Source of the DNA: Octopus sinensis
Lineage: Eukaryota
Direction of reading: 5' to 3'
Assembly: GCF_006345805.1 (NCBI RefSeq)
Contig: NC_043003.1
Coordinates: 9,982,001-10,046,000, forward strand
DNA length: 64,000 nt
Shown here: piece after piece, positions 24,319 through 37,169 of the stretch
Numbering within the stretch: the stretch's first letter is position 1
Layout: every line of letters begins with the position of its first letter
The notes under the pieces: model-generated
The model's database searches: none
What the model was told of the DNA's origin: nothing
The model's input: the letters and a program-made list of their open reading frames with translations, nothing else
Made by a program: the position numbers and the translations under genes

Positions 24319-26722
24319 CCGACACTTCTTTGATAGTTATCGACGATTTGGTTTGGGGTTTCGTATCCAACAAGTTCTTCCTTTCATTACTGCTTTTGTA
24401 ATCGCTGTTTCGATTTGTGCTCTAGGCGTATTTTAGTTGATGACTTGTTGATATATTTCTCAATATTTTCACATAAGCATATGATTTATGCTCATATTCT
24501 GATTATTATTATACTATTCTCTTATGATACGTATTGTAGTTATGACACCTATCGCTGTTTATTTTGCGGCATTTGTATACTTACTACCATTATATTTTAA
24601 TGTATTATGTTGTTTTACAAATTTGGCACCTCTCTTATTTTTCCTGAAAATCAACTTATTTGATGTCGTTTATCGATAATTTCTTCCGTGTATTACTGTT
24701 ACATCGTGACAATAATAGCAACATAGTCAAGTCCATGTTCGAGCTACCTACAACTGAAATTATCTGAGATGCACCGAATATGAAGAAGGCTTTTGGCTCA
24801 CATTCATTCACTGAATGTGGGTTTATGTCGAACAGTTGTTATCTTGTAACTGATGCTCCAGTTTGTGTTACTGAGTCTATCTTTAGTACAAACCACAAGA
24901 AAAAAACTGCATTGTCTTCTTTTGTATCTGGAAGCCATGAGAGAGGAAGTTTTTCGGTGGAAGCACTTAAATCCTTTGACAACAGGCCTCTGCTTTTTGT
25001 CAAGATTTCAGTACCATTTGAGAGGAAAGTAAAGATACAGAGAGAGGGGCTGCTCTCAGTAAATATTAGGAAAGAGAATGAGTGTCAAAACTAGCGTAGC
25101 TAAATGAGCGCAGACTAATTATTCAACAGTACGCTAACACTAAGAGAAGGCATGTTTGCTGTATCAGAGTAATCCGAGTTGCGTAGGCGAGTCATTGTCC
25201 TTTATCATTTTGTAAACTCTTTCCTTCTAATTTTTGTTCTGTGCTGTTAGAGATATACATTATTAAATATATTCATTAAATTGACTTTACTGTTATTATT
25301 TTAAATCATCATTTTACTCGATCTAATTCCCCAACTGCTTCTTGTTTGTTGTTTGCTATTGTCTCCACCATCTTGAACATGTGTGGCAAATAAACGATAT
25401 TATTATTTTTATATTGTAAATGCTATTTTAACTTTCACAATCAAATTACCTGCTGTAAACCTGAAGGATTTTTAAATGATTTTTAGTGGTAACGGTGCCA
25501 AACAATAACGACACCAAGACTAATTCACAATAACAAAGCAAATAAAAGTAATGATGATGAGGAGGACAATAATGGTAAAAATAATGATAATAATATGATA
25601 ATAATAATGATAATAAGAAGAATAAGAGGAAGAAAATTAAAGATGGTATTTTGATTTGGGACTGGCAATGGAAATAACAATCGATTCATTCAATGGACAC
25701 ATTATTGATTAAACCATTTTTTGATTGCCAATCAAAATCAACAGCGAAATGATGACGCCATTGAAAACAACGATGCCGGTACCAACTTTGAAAGAACTGA
25801 AATTCTCAAGATAACATCAGGATAATTAATGAGAAATCGTAGGAGGTTTGATCAATAAAATGCGGAGTCAGTTTAGTGTTTAGAAAAACAAAACAAAGAA
25901 GTAGAAGTTGAAAAAAAACTGAAATGAAGATGATGATGACGAAGGGAGGAATTTAAATTGAAAATGGACTGTGCCATTTATTATGAATTGGCAGTAACAT
26001 CAATTAAAAAAGAAAACAGGAGTAAATTTTTGAAAATTAACCTCAGGTGTAAGAACTGATCTTTTTTTTTTCTTTTACTTGTTCCTTTTTAGAATCAATA
26101 TATTTACGCTAAATTGGACTTTATTAATATTTTTCCTTTTGATTACATTCGATGAAATAAAATTACATACGTTATATTAAACTTGTTAATTCTTATAATA
26201 TAGACGTTATCAATACAGCATCGAAGAAATATCACAATAACTCCAAAATAAAAACACATTTAGTTGCGAAAATGGCGCAGAATTCAAATTCCAATGTGTA
26301 GCCGACGTCTATTTGTTTATGAATTATCTCAAACGAAATCAAAAACGATATTGATTATTATGTCAAATAAAGTAGGCGAAAGAAAACTTGTTAATCGCTA
26401 AATAAGACGTATAATCGCGTTTTTTATATTGTATTTATTTCAGTCATTGGAATGCGGCCATTCTGGGACACCACTTGCAAGAGTTTTAAACGAGCAAATC
26501 GGCACCAGTATTTATTTTTCAGAGTTCGGTTCTTAATATGTCGATCTTATTTGCTGAATTACTAGTTTACGGAATGTAAATAAACCAACAGCGAATCTCA
26601 ATCGGTAAAAGAAAAGGATCTTTATCTTTTGACCGACAGATTTTTAAAATAATTTTTTGTAACAAAACACTTTCAAACTTCGGACACCGATAGAATGTGT
26701 CATATAAAACATATTTTACTCA

Positions 26723-26768
<46 letters not shown>

Positions 26769-26919
26769 AAATTAAGGATAAAATCTTTATAAGAAATTAT
26801 CAGTAGTTAGCGAGGTATATATATATATATATATATAATTGAACTTTACGGAAAAACAAAAGACAAAGACAGGTGTATAAAAAACAAGCAGGTGAGAAAA
26901 AATATATATATATATATAT

Positions 26920-26982
<63 letters not shown>

Positions 26983-27419
26983 CACACATACATACATGTG
27001 GCAGTCTTTCCTTTTTCGTCTACTACATTCTCTTATTAGGCTTTGATTTTTCCTAAGGCTATAAGAAAAGACACACGCACAAAGTATCACGCATTGGAAC
27101 TATACCCCAAACCCACCTGACTGGAGAGCAAGTTTCTCACCACACAGCCACGTCTTTGGAATAACTTTGTTTTTCCACCACTGTGGAGCAGTTTCTATAA
27201 CTTGTTCATCCAAGTGTAAAACACCGCAGTAGAATCTGCGGTAGCATCATGTTTCTAATATCTGCATTTTCCAAGAAAATTCGACGCTTTGCATTCATAC
27301 AGCAAGATGGAAAATACCGGTTCATGCAGGAGTTTCATTATTTTGTTCTACAAAATATCGTCGTCGTCAGCTGTCCGTCATAGGCTAATGTTGACTGCTC
27401 TATTCAGGAACAACATACC

Positions 27420-27650
27420 TATTTCTTTACTACCCACAAGGGGCTAAACACAGAGGGGACAAACAGGGACAGACAAACGGATTAAGTCGATTACATCGAC
27501 CACAGTGCGTAACTGGTACTTATTTAATCGACCCCGAAAGGATGAAAGGCAAAGTCGACTTCGGTGGAATTTGAACTCAGAACGTAGCGGCAGGCGAAAT
27601 ACCGTTAAGCATTTCGCCCGGCATGCTAACGTTTCTGCCAAATCGCCACC
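27420..27650 (-). mobile_element. SINE family A, tail type 1
   Basis: Near-consensus full-length copy. Confidence 0.9.
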
Positions 27651-28164
27651 TTCAGGAACAAAATACCTTCGACGGTAAGGAGTTTGTGATGTCCCACTCC
27701 ACCCACCTCACTGCCTCTCTGGTCCATCAGGTGAAGTATCACGTTGAGGCTACCCAGCAGCGGAAGATGACTTCCTAGTTGACGCCAAGCCGTTGTCTGA
27801 TGGTAGAGCAAAGCCATTGTTGAAATGCAACGTCCTGGTGCCGTAGTTTTTACCGTTTCGCTGGCGTGGAAAGCTGAAGATTTGCTAGTAATCGCCCAAG
27901 ATGCCAACCCAGACTACAGACGGGTAAGGCGATATACTTTCCCCTTTTCAGCCTGCCACTGATGTGGGCGCTTTAACTTACCGATAGGTTTTTGACAATA
28001 TATATTGTATTCAAATATCATACACACACACTCACTAGGTAGGAAAGAAACGAAAAATGCGGTACTCAATATATTTAGGAGTTACATATGATATTATTTA
28101 AAGCATGCGCTCTATAGTTTCGCAGACTGCCAACAGAAACTATTTATATTCAGGTTTACATTTT

Positions 28165-28202
<38 letters not shown>

Positions 28203-28209
28203 TAGATAC

Positions 28210-28566
28210 ATAAACAGGATGTAACAAGCTTGCTTCCCAACCACATGGTTCCTGGTGCAACCCCACGGGCAAGTGTCTTCTACTATAGCCTTGAGTCGAC
28301 CAAAGCCTTATGAGTGGGGAAATTGAAAGAAGGCCGACGTATGTATATGTATATATTAGCTTGTCTATATTTGTCCCCCTACCATCGCTTGACAAACGAT
28401 GTTGGTATGTTTACATCCCCGTAACTTGGAGGTTCGGCAAAAGAGGCCGATAGAATATGTTCTAGGCTTACAAAGAATAAGTCCAGGGGTCGATTTGTTC
28501 GACTAAAGGCTGTGCTGCTGCATGGCCACATGCAGATGACTGAAACCAGTAAAAGAATAAAAGAAC
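28210..28566 (+). mobile_element. SINE family B copy
   Basis: CAACCACATGGTTCC..GGGCAAGTGTCTTCTACTATAGCC..GACTGAAACCAGTAAAAGAATAAAAG. Confidence 0.85.
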
Positions 28567-28982
28567 ATATATATATATATATGTTCTTTTATATATATAT
28601 ATGCCGTCTAATACCCTTCCTTTATGTCAATAGTTCATATTATTAGCAATCTTGTATGAAATAATAATACACTCGTCTCAAACATCGTATGAAATATTTT
28701 CTGTTACTGTAGAATATTATTCCAAGGAAATATAAAGTGAAAATCAACATTCGCGTTGGTCTTTTTTTTATTTATTTGTTTACTTTATTAATTTATTATT
28801 TTTTCCCCCCAGATTTATAGTCGAGTATCGAGAGACATATATTCCATTGTGAAGGTCATTTGAGTCGGGAATTGCTCCAACTCGAGCATGAAACTTGTTT
28901 GCCAATGTCAGGATTTCACTTGAATCTTAATTTGGAACATGCGTACGCATGACCACACACACACACACCACACACACACACA

Positions 28983-29013
<31 letters not shown>

Positions 29014-29849
29014 CACACACACACACACACACACTAAAGACGGCGTAATCACATATATTTTCTATATATGTGAAAATGTGAGATTATGAATATTGATGTT
29101 TTGGTCTGGATACATGTGACGCTGAAAACCATTTATCAGAATCAAGAAATTTCCGAGCAAATTCTTTTTATCTTTCTCTTATAACTGGTTGTTTTCTTCC
29201 GTTTCCTTTTTATTCATTTTCTCATCTATAATACATATTTCCTTTTCTGTCATCATTTTCGTTTTCGATTCTTTTACTACAACTTGTAAGCTCATTTCTA
29301 TACGCATTATTCATAACATTATTCATAACATACTATGAATATAGAAATGATTTAGATAAACACTTTCCAAGATCGAAAAGGAATATATAACAATGGTAAA
29401 TAAAATAACTCCGCTCTCTGAAATAGAATTTCTGGATTTTGCAAAAGCAAAAGTCTGTATCCTCTATAAAACGTTGGCTGTCTTGAAATGTTCCAACGAT
29501 CTGTGCGTAATCTCCATTTTAGGCAACTATTACCATTTTGCACAAGGAAAATTATTCTAATTTATTTCCTTGGATTATCCTGCTGGAGATGTAATGGCAG
29601 TATTGTCCCATATATTTTACCTTATTCTATAACTGTTATACATATATAAGCTCTTGATATGACACAGTGTCGGAAAAGCGATCCGATATTTTGGTAATTC
29701 GATCAATAATTATAAATATTCCAAATTTGGGAATCATTTAATATTATTTTTGTCTGCATCTATTTCTTTCTCTTCCGTAGTGCCACTGATGTCTGAAATG
29801 ACTATATCTCTAACAATAAGATAAAGTTGGTGCGTCGAACAAAATTATG

Positions 29850-30030
29850 TATATTTGCTTTTCTTCCTACTCTTTACGTTCTGAATTGAAATGCCGCTGA
29901 GGTCGCCTTTGACTTTCATCCTTTCAAGGTCGATAAAATAAATGCGATCTGAGTCCTGAGATTGATGTAACCAACTTGCCTACTTCCCCCAAAATTGCTG
30001 GCTTAGCCCCAAATTTAGAAAAAATTGCGT
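29850..30030 (+). mobile_element. Degenerate SINE family A (tail 2)
   Basis: TTTACGTTCTGAATTGAAATGCCGCTGAGGTCG..CCCCCAAAATTGCTGGC. Confidence 0.65.
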
Positions 30031-30963
30031 TGTACTTATATGATGGACTAAAAAAGGAATTTAAAGTTTGGAGAAATAGTGTACCACCATCCATGTTTCT
30101 CTTACTGAAAACAACAGCCCGTTTTATTGTAGATGCGCCTTTTAAATGTCATATTCAAAACAATTGGCTATTTTTGGACTACTGTTCCTTGTATTTCAAT
30201 ATTCAATCATTTAAGTTTCATATCCAACATGATAGGATTGCATATTTAGCTGATGATGTAGGACTACCTGTTTATTAAGAAACTTCGTTAATAACACCTT
30301 ATCAGAGAATGAGACGAACAGATCATAATCCAGCAACAAAAACAAGGTAATTTAGATTGAGATTCTAAGATACCATTAGGGGTATTCATTTCTGGGTTTC
30401 CTTTTCTTTATCTTGTTTGCCGTTACCATAGTAACAACACGAACAACATTATCAATAGAATGAAGTAGAATAGCTTTATTGTTGACAATATTGATGTTGT
30501 TGACACCCACTTATGCCTTCACATTGCTTGCGGAAAATAAAATAATAAAAAAGAAGGAAAGCAGTAATGAACTTGGAAACATTTTAAACTCCCTGGTTCT
30601 ATTTTTCTTCCTGTTTATGGCCTCAAAAGCACAAAATTAATCTAATGAAATCCATCTTCTTGTTGCACTTGCAGCTACATATATTTTTAATACCAATTAA
30701 ATAAATTGGAATAAGTGGGCAGAAAATATGGATAGAAACGAATTCATATGTCTGATATTTATCTAATCAACAGAGGTCTCTTTAAAGCTGATAGTTCAAA
30801 TTTGAAATCCCAATAAATGAGGTAAAAAAAAAACCTCACTATATCAAGGTATGTTGTTTATTAGCTACTGTTTGTGATTTACAAGTAGATCTGTTATTTG
30901 GGATTTAATATTTGCTTTGATCAGTGCAACATTACTACTGCTTAGTATAAAGTACTTAGTTCT

Positions 30964-30964
30964 T

Positions 30965-31020
<56 letters not shown>
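30964..31020. repeat. (TAG)n microsatellite
   Basis: Direct reading. Confidence 0.95.
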
Positions 31021-31418
31021 TGTATATATATATATACATATAGCTGAAGTTGTCTGTGTATGGCAGGTTTGGTAGCCTTCATCTAACACTATCTCTTCCG
31101 AGACCCTGCGGCGCAAGTTGACCAAAATTGAGAGTATGATAGTAGAGGGCTTGCTCTTCCCTCCGTAGAAGAAAGAATTCAAATCGGACCATGTTAACAC
31201 CAAAAATTTTTTACATCGAAAAGATGCTTTTTTTCTATGAAAATCCCTATTTTTTACGATTTTTTGACAGATGTGTCGCCATTTTTCGGTGCATTTCAAC
31301 CAGAAAAATGTTCACTTAAAGAGAATAACAAGATACATAATGCAAAATTTTTACATTCCAAAAATTCCAATTCTAAAGGGTCGCAACAAACCCGAACAAC
31401 GCCGGTCGATACTGCTAG
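31021..31418 (+). mobile_element. Non-autonomous Helitron (about 400 bp)
   Basis: 3' end CCCGAACAACGCCGGTCGATACTGCTAG (hairpin plus CTAG); second copy at 53496-53885. Confidence 0.8.
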
Positions 31419-31419
31419 G

Positions 31420-31493
<74 letters not shown>

Positions 31494-32232
31494 CGTAAAT
31501 TCCTACATACATATATGTGAGTCGTTGTCAACATCGATAACATAATCTTTATGTATTGTTTAATGTCCTGTGGCAGCGAAGATCGTGCTTTTTTCTCAGC
31601 AGAACAAATCAGTTGCATTGTGTTAGGAATTATGCATTCTAAAAGTTGTTAGTGATGTTAAATGCTTTGAATCACAAACTCGAAAAACGTGTGTTAACGA
31701 AAGTTACTCGCGCAAAATATTTCCACTAGCGCCCCGGAGTCCACTAGACAAAAGCATAAATATATTGGTTCTCTCTATGAAATTCAGTTTCAGTTTGTCC
31801 TTCTTACCTCCCTTTTTGAACTGATTTACTAAATCGACACAGTAGCAAAAGCAGATGCCGTTTGAATCAACTACTTTACCTGATTATAATGTGTCTTGTT
31901 AGAAACTCACTGGAAAGTTATGGTGTGCATACATTTGCCAAAGGCATCAGCTGCGTGCTTCAAGTATGTAATACAGAATGTAAAGCTCTATGAGTTTTAA
32001 CATAATGAAAATTAAGGGTGATGCGTAGCAGAAACAAGAACTACAAACTAAAGTAATGTATTTTGTTACATTGCTTTATGCTACAAGAAAAAATTCATTC
32101 GACATTATATTTCCCTTTCATTTCTTCAAGATCGGTATAAATAAGTAAACTTCTTTGTCACCTTGAGCCAAAGGTAGAACGTATCAAGCGTTTTGTGCAT
32201 TTTGTTTTCTGTTTAATATCTCCTTTTTAAAA

Positions 32233-32460
32233 GGGCGGTGATCTAGCAGAATCGCTAGCACGCCGGGCGAAATGCTTAGCAGTATTTCGTCTGTCTTTAT
32301 GTTCTGAGTGCAAATTCCGCTGCGACTTTACCTTTCATCCATTCGGGGTCGATAAATAAAGTACCAGTTACACACTGGGGTCGATGTAATCGATTTAAAC
32401 CCTTTGTCTGTTCTTGTTTGTCCCCTCTATGTTTCGCCCCTGTGGGCAATAAAGAAATAG
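32233..32460 (+). mobile_element. SINE family A, tail type 1
   Basis: TSD ATATCTCCTTT(T/C)TAAAA at 32216-32232 and 32461-32477. Confidence 0.92.
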
Positions 32461-33013
32461 ATATCTCCTTTCTAAAAATGAAAATAAAAAATGTTATTAT
32501 AGTTTTAAGGCAGAAAGGAGGTATGGTAAATTATCGAATGGAAATATTTTCTGGACTCTAGGAAAATCTCAGCTGAGTAAATGAGGGAAATTTATCGTAG
32601 CCATTTTTTGTTTAAGCTGTTTCGCTATGCTTCTCTCTCCCCTCTCTCTCACTGTCTCTACCTGAACATTTATTTCTTTGCGAGCTTTCAAACATTATAA
32701 AGCAGAGTCGCTGCCATTCCAATCGATTTCTGCAAGTCATTGAATTGTTTTTGTTTTTTATTGATGAAATTTATTTGCAGCAGATTATTAGTGTAAACAT
32801 CAGATGACGTTTTTGAAATAGTTAAATGTATGAGAAATGTGCAGCTGTTATGAATTTTATTGACCCTTCAAAACTGTGGAGATTGATAGGACTATTTTTT
32901 ATCTCGAACAGTGGGGAAAAATTGACGAAGGGAACGATTTCTGGTGGCTATATCTCTGGGAGAAGTGATGAAAGGATCAAAGGGATGGTAAGGGATGAGA
33001 GAAATCAAACTTG

Positions 33014-33236
33014 CGCGGCGAGCTGGCAGAATCGCCGGGCGAAATGCTTAGCTGTATTTCGTCTGCTGTTACGTTCTGAGTTCAAATTCCACCGAGGTCG
33101 ACTTTGCCTTTCATCCTTTCGAGGTCGATAAATTAGGTACCAGTTATGCACTAGGGTCGATGTAATCGACTTTATCTCTTTGTCTGTCCTTGTTTATCCC
33201 CTCTGTGTTTAGCCCCTTGTGGGCAATAAAGAAATA
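33014..33236 (+). mobile_element. SINE family A, tail type 1
   Basis: Perfect TSD AGAAATCAAACTTG at 33000-33013 and 33237-33250. Confidence 0.92.
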
Positions 33237-35236
33237 AGAAATCAAACTTGGTTGTTGTTTCTGTTGTTGCATTTGATGTTGTTGTTGCCGTTGTTGTCGT
33301 TGTCATTATTGTTGCTTTCGTTGTTGTTGCTGCTGTTGCAGCGTCATCATCGTAATTGCCTTTGTTCCAAAGCCTAGGATCAATCTTGACTAAACATAAG
33401 TATGGTGAAAGGCATCGTTGCCATTAGTTTTCTGCTTTTCCCTCAGACAATGAATATCTAAAGCTACATAATATCCCGTCATTATGAAGATATTTTGATG
33501 GAAGTTGTAAGAGATTGCATTGCCCTTAGTCCAACGACCCCGTAGAAATAGTTTCGTTGGTTGGGATGGTACTAGATATTATGAAATAAGTAGAGGTGCA
33601 CATTGTGTGGCGAAGTGAGATACGGTATGCAGTTCTCTGGATTAGATATGCTGTTCTTGTAAAGAGATGGACCGAAGTCATTTTATTTTCTATGTGCTGC
33701 TGGCGTATTAGTGACGTTGACTTTGACTAAGTTACCATAATAATCCACTCAGTGAAGGACATTTTAAGATCACTATTTGTAAGAGAAAAAGACTTGGCAC
33801 AAGGTATGTCGGAATTTCGTATATTTGACGCCTGTACACACTCTGCTGAAAGATAAGGAAAAAGTATCTTCATATTAGCATCTATTATAACTTAAGCGAC
33901 ATAGGTGAGTCGGTGTATTTAAAAGTGATATCTTTCTCTGTATAGATGCGTATGTATGTGTGTATGCGCTTCTCATATGTGTATGCGTATGTGTATGTGC
34001 GTGATTAGAATATCGCAAGGCATAAAGGCCGCCATTTCACTGGTTTTACTACTCTACCTCTTTCTTGCTTGTTGGTCTTTTTATATTATTAATTCAAATT
34101 GTGACGACGTTGATAACGCAAGCAAGCACTGGTCAAATACAGGATCAATTTAATTGGTAATAGCCCCCTTCTCTCTCACTCTCGCCCTCTCCTATAAAGT
34201 TGTGGCTTCGTGCCAAAGTAAGATATTAATGTATTAAGATCAATAAAAGTATTAATCAAAATAATATCAAACAAGACGAAAATAATGTAAGGAGCTCACC
34301 ATTAACAAAGAAGACAGCAACCGCAACAACGATAGTGGCATCAGTAAGAAGATTTGACTGAAGTACCATTCCTTAGAAAACCTATATCACAATAATAACA
34401 GTACAGCAAAAGCAGTGGAACAGAAATAACATCAAAAGCAATAAGAAGACTAACAACAAAAATTACTAAAATAACAATAATAAAAACCGATACGGATAAG
34501 AAAATCAAAAATGATTCTATTAAAAGCGAAAAATCTCTACAACAATTATAATAATGATAACAACAACAACGGTAGTATCTAGGGTACAAAATGGTAGATC
34601 TCTATGTTTGACTTCTAAATTTTGATCAATATTTTGCTTGCAGCCGATCGGTAACCATTGAAAACTCACTAAACTTTAGTGGAAGATTCCATTTAATTCT
34701 TTCTCCTATTATCCAAGTTGTATGTCTAAAAGCATCCTTCGATTCTTTTGCTTCGTTTTTCTTGATAATTGCAAGTTCAGTTCACATCATTACTGCATTA
34801 CAAATTCTATGTTGACCAATCATTTGGTAATATCAAAAGAACCATTCTGTTTTGGTGGAAGTTCCCTTCAGGTGAGATCAATATGAGCTTCCCCTTCTAT
34901 CATATTTTTTTTTCTTTCCAACGTTACCACAACAAACCTTCAATATATGTAATGGCACCTATATCTACATTGTACTTCAAATGATTAATAGGTAAGCAAT
35001 ATTCAAAATCAATATGCATTTCGAAAATCCAAAGGGGTCAAATGTTCTTTATTATTTTAACTGGAGTTATTGACGCACAAACGACGTTTTATAACAGGAC
35101 CACTACATAACATTTGCATGCGATATGAGAGAATGTTCGTGTACAAGAGATCAAAGTGTACATGTTGTGGTTATCGAAATATTAGCCAAGTCGTTTCAAC
35201 TAAATTATATCGAGGTTTTAGAAATTATTATGCACT

Positions 35237-35618
35237 CTTTACTCTTTTGCTCTTTTACTTGTTTCAGTCATTTAACTGCGGCCATGCTGGAGCACCGCCT
35301 TTAGTCGAGCAAATCGACCCCGGGACTTATTCTTTGTAAGCCCAGTACTTATTCTATCGGTCTTTTTTGCCGAACCGCTAAGTGACGGGGACGTAAACAC
35401 ACCAGCATCGGTTGTCAAGCAATGCTAGGGGGACAAAGACAGACACAGACACACACACATATATATATATACATATGGTTTCCGTCTACCAAATCCACTC
35501 ACAAGGCATTGGTCGGCCTATAGCAGAAGACACTTGCCCAAGATGCCACGCAGTGGGACTGAACCCGGAACCATGTGGCTGGTTAGCAGGCTACTTACCA
35601 CACAGCCACTTCTGCGCC
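35237..35618 (-). mobile_element. SINE family B, near full length
   Basis: Head GGCGCAGAAGTGGCTGTGTGGTAAG, internal TTGGGCAAGTGTCTTC (CORE-like), internal microsatellite, tail (TAAAAGAG)n; 31-bp flanking direct repeat. Confidence 0.92.
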
Positions 35619-36136
35619 TTAGAAAACCTATATCGAGGTTTTAGAAATGATTATGCACTGTTCAGTATATTTCAACATTTACCTTCATTTTTTTTCATTA
35701 CTTGTGTTCAAACATCCGATAGGTCAGATGATGCTTTCTATACTCTGTTTTTGAGAAATCTGATAACATATCTAGCAATTGTCTGCAAGTGATTAGAAGT
35801 CGGAAGATGGTTCAATTTAGAATGCAGTTCTCATAAAAATACATAAAAAACATATCTCTTTATAGAAAGCAGTGTTTGTATTTAGCACCTTTGAAGTGAT
35901 TGATAAAATTATGTCTGGAACCCAACAGAAATCTCTCTATAAAGAATTGTTGAGTCTGTCGAAACGAGTATTTACCAGGGAAAGGCCTCAGGAAATGAAT
36001 TTCAACAATGTAAGTGGGGAATTAGTGTTACAAAGTGGAGATTTTCACATGAGGGGCACAACTTGGAACTCAGAAATAATTTTGCTTCATGAGATCATGC
36101 TGAAAGTTATGATGAGACGGTGTAACGTCTTATCAA

Positions 36137-36251
36137 GGCGGCGAGCTGGCAGAAACGTTAGCACGCCGGGCGAAATGCATAGCCGTATTTTGTCTGCCGT
36201 TACGTTCCGAGTTCAAATTCCGCCGATGTCGACTTAGCCTTTCATCCTTTC
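36137..36251 (+). mobile_element. SINE family A 5' half
   Basis: Consensus head through CCTTTCATCCTTTC, then abuts SINE D. Confidence 0.9.
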
Positions 36252-36558
36252 GGGCGCAATGGCCCAGTGGTTAGGGCAGTGGAGTCGCGGTCGTAGGATC
36301 ATCGCGGTATCGATACCCAGACCGGGCGTTGTGAATGTTTATTGAGCGAAAACACCTAAAGCTCCACAGGTCAGGGGGTGGTGGCGATCCCTACTGTACT
36401 CTTTCGCCACAAATTTCTCTCATTCTTTCTTCTGTTGGCCTGCTCGCTTAGCCAGCGGGGTGGCGTCATTTGAAGGCTAAAACAATGCGAAGCGCATCGT
36501 GACCAGCGATGTGTAGCAACATCTGATAGCCTGGTCGGTCACGGTGATCACGGTGATA
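36252..36558 (+). mobile_element. tRNA-derived SINE family D
   Basis: tRNA-like head GGGCGCAATGGCCCAGTGGTTAGGGCAG..GGTATCGATACCC; distinct body; tail (CACGGTGAT)2 running into (TA)n. Confidence 0.75.
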
Positions 36559-36560
36559 TA

Positions 36561-36597
<37 letters not shown>

Positions 36598-36641
36598 GTA
36601 TATATGTATATATATATATTATATATATATATACATATAAT

Positions 36642-36673
<32 letters not shown>

Positions 36674-36812
36674 CATATATTTATAAACATATATATGTAT
36701 ATATATATATATATATATGCATATACATATATATGTATGTATATATATATGCATATACATATATATGTATGTATATATATATATACATATATATATGTAT
36801 ATATATATATTC

Positions 36813-36868
<56 letters not shown>

Positions 36869-36889
36869 GTATATATATATAATATATAT

Positions 36890-36938
<49 letters not shown>

Positions 36939-36943
36939 TATAT
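36559..36943. repeat. About 385-bp interrupted (TA)n microsatellite, representative of many such tracts in the window
   Basis: Direct reading; similar tracts near 18.2-18.4, 40.4, 48.9-49.1, 49.7-50.0, 50.65 and 62.7-63.05 kb. Confidence 0.95.
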
Positions 36944-37169
36944 CGTAAGAGTAATGCAAGACGAGATCAGTAGAAAGTAATGTTATTATTAAACATTATA
37001 TCTTTCGCGATAGATTATGTTATTGTAATACCATAGTAAAGGAATGTACAAATGTCACATATTTATCCATTTCTAAACTTTGCGATTAATTCTAATTAAT
37101 TATATGTATTGACGGACACAACTCTCCTTCACTTACAATTATATTTTTATAATATATTTTTATAATGGG

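Noticed and set aside
24360-25100. ORFs 24415-24600 and 24780-25094 as exons of a host gene
   Set aside because: No recognisable domain and no convincing splice pairs; lengths are within chance expectation.
27650-27960. GC-richer segment as a coding exon
   Set aside because: Best frames contain stops and no motif was recognised; left unassigned.
36252-36330. SINE heads (families A-D) as functional tRNA genes
   Set aside because: They keep A/B-box-like motifs but do not fold into complete cloverleaves and continue into SINE bodies.
36544-36959. I/Y/H/T/V/C-rich ORFs here and at 18.1, 48.8, 49.6, 50.1, 56.9 and 62.7 kb
   Set aside because: Translations of (TA)n, (CA)n and (AAT)n microsatellites.
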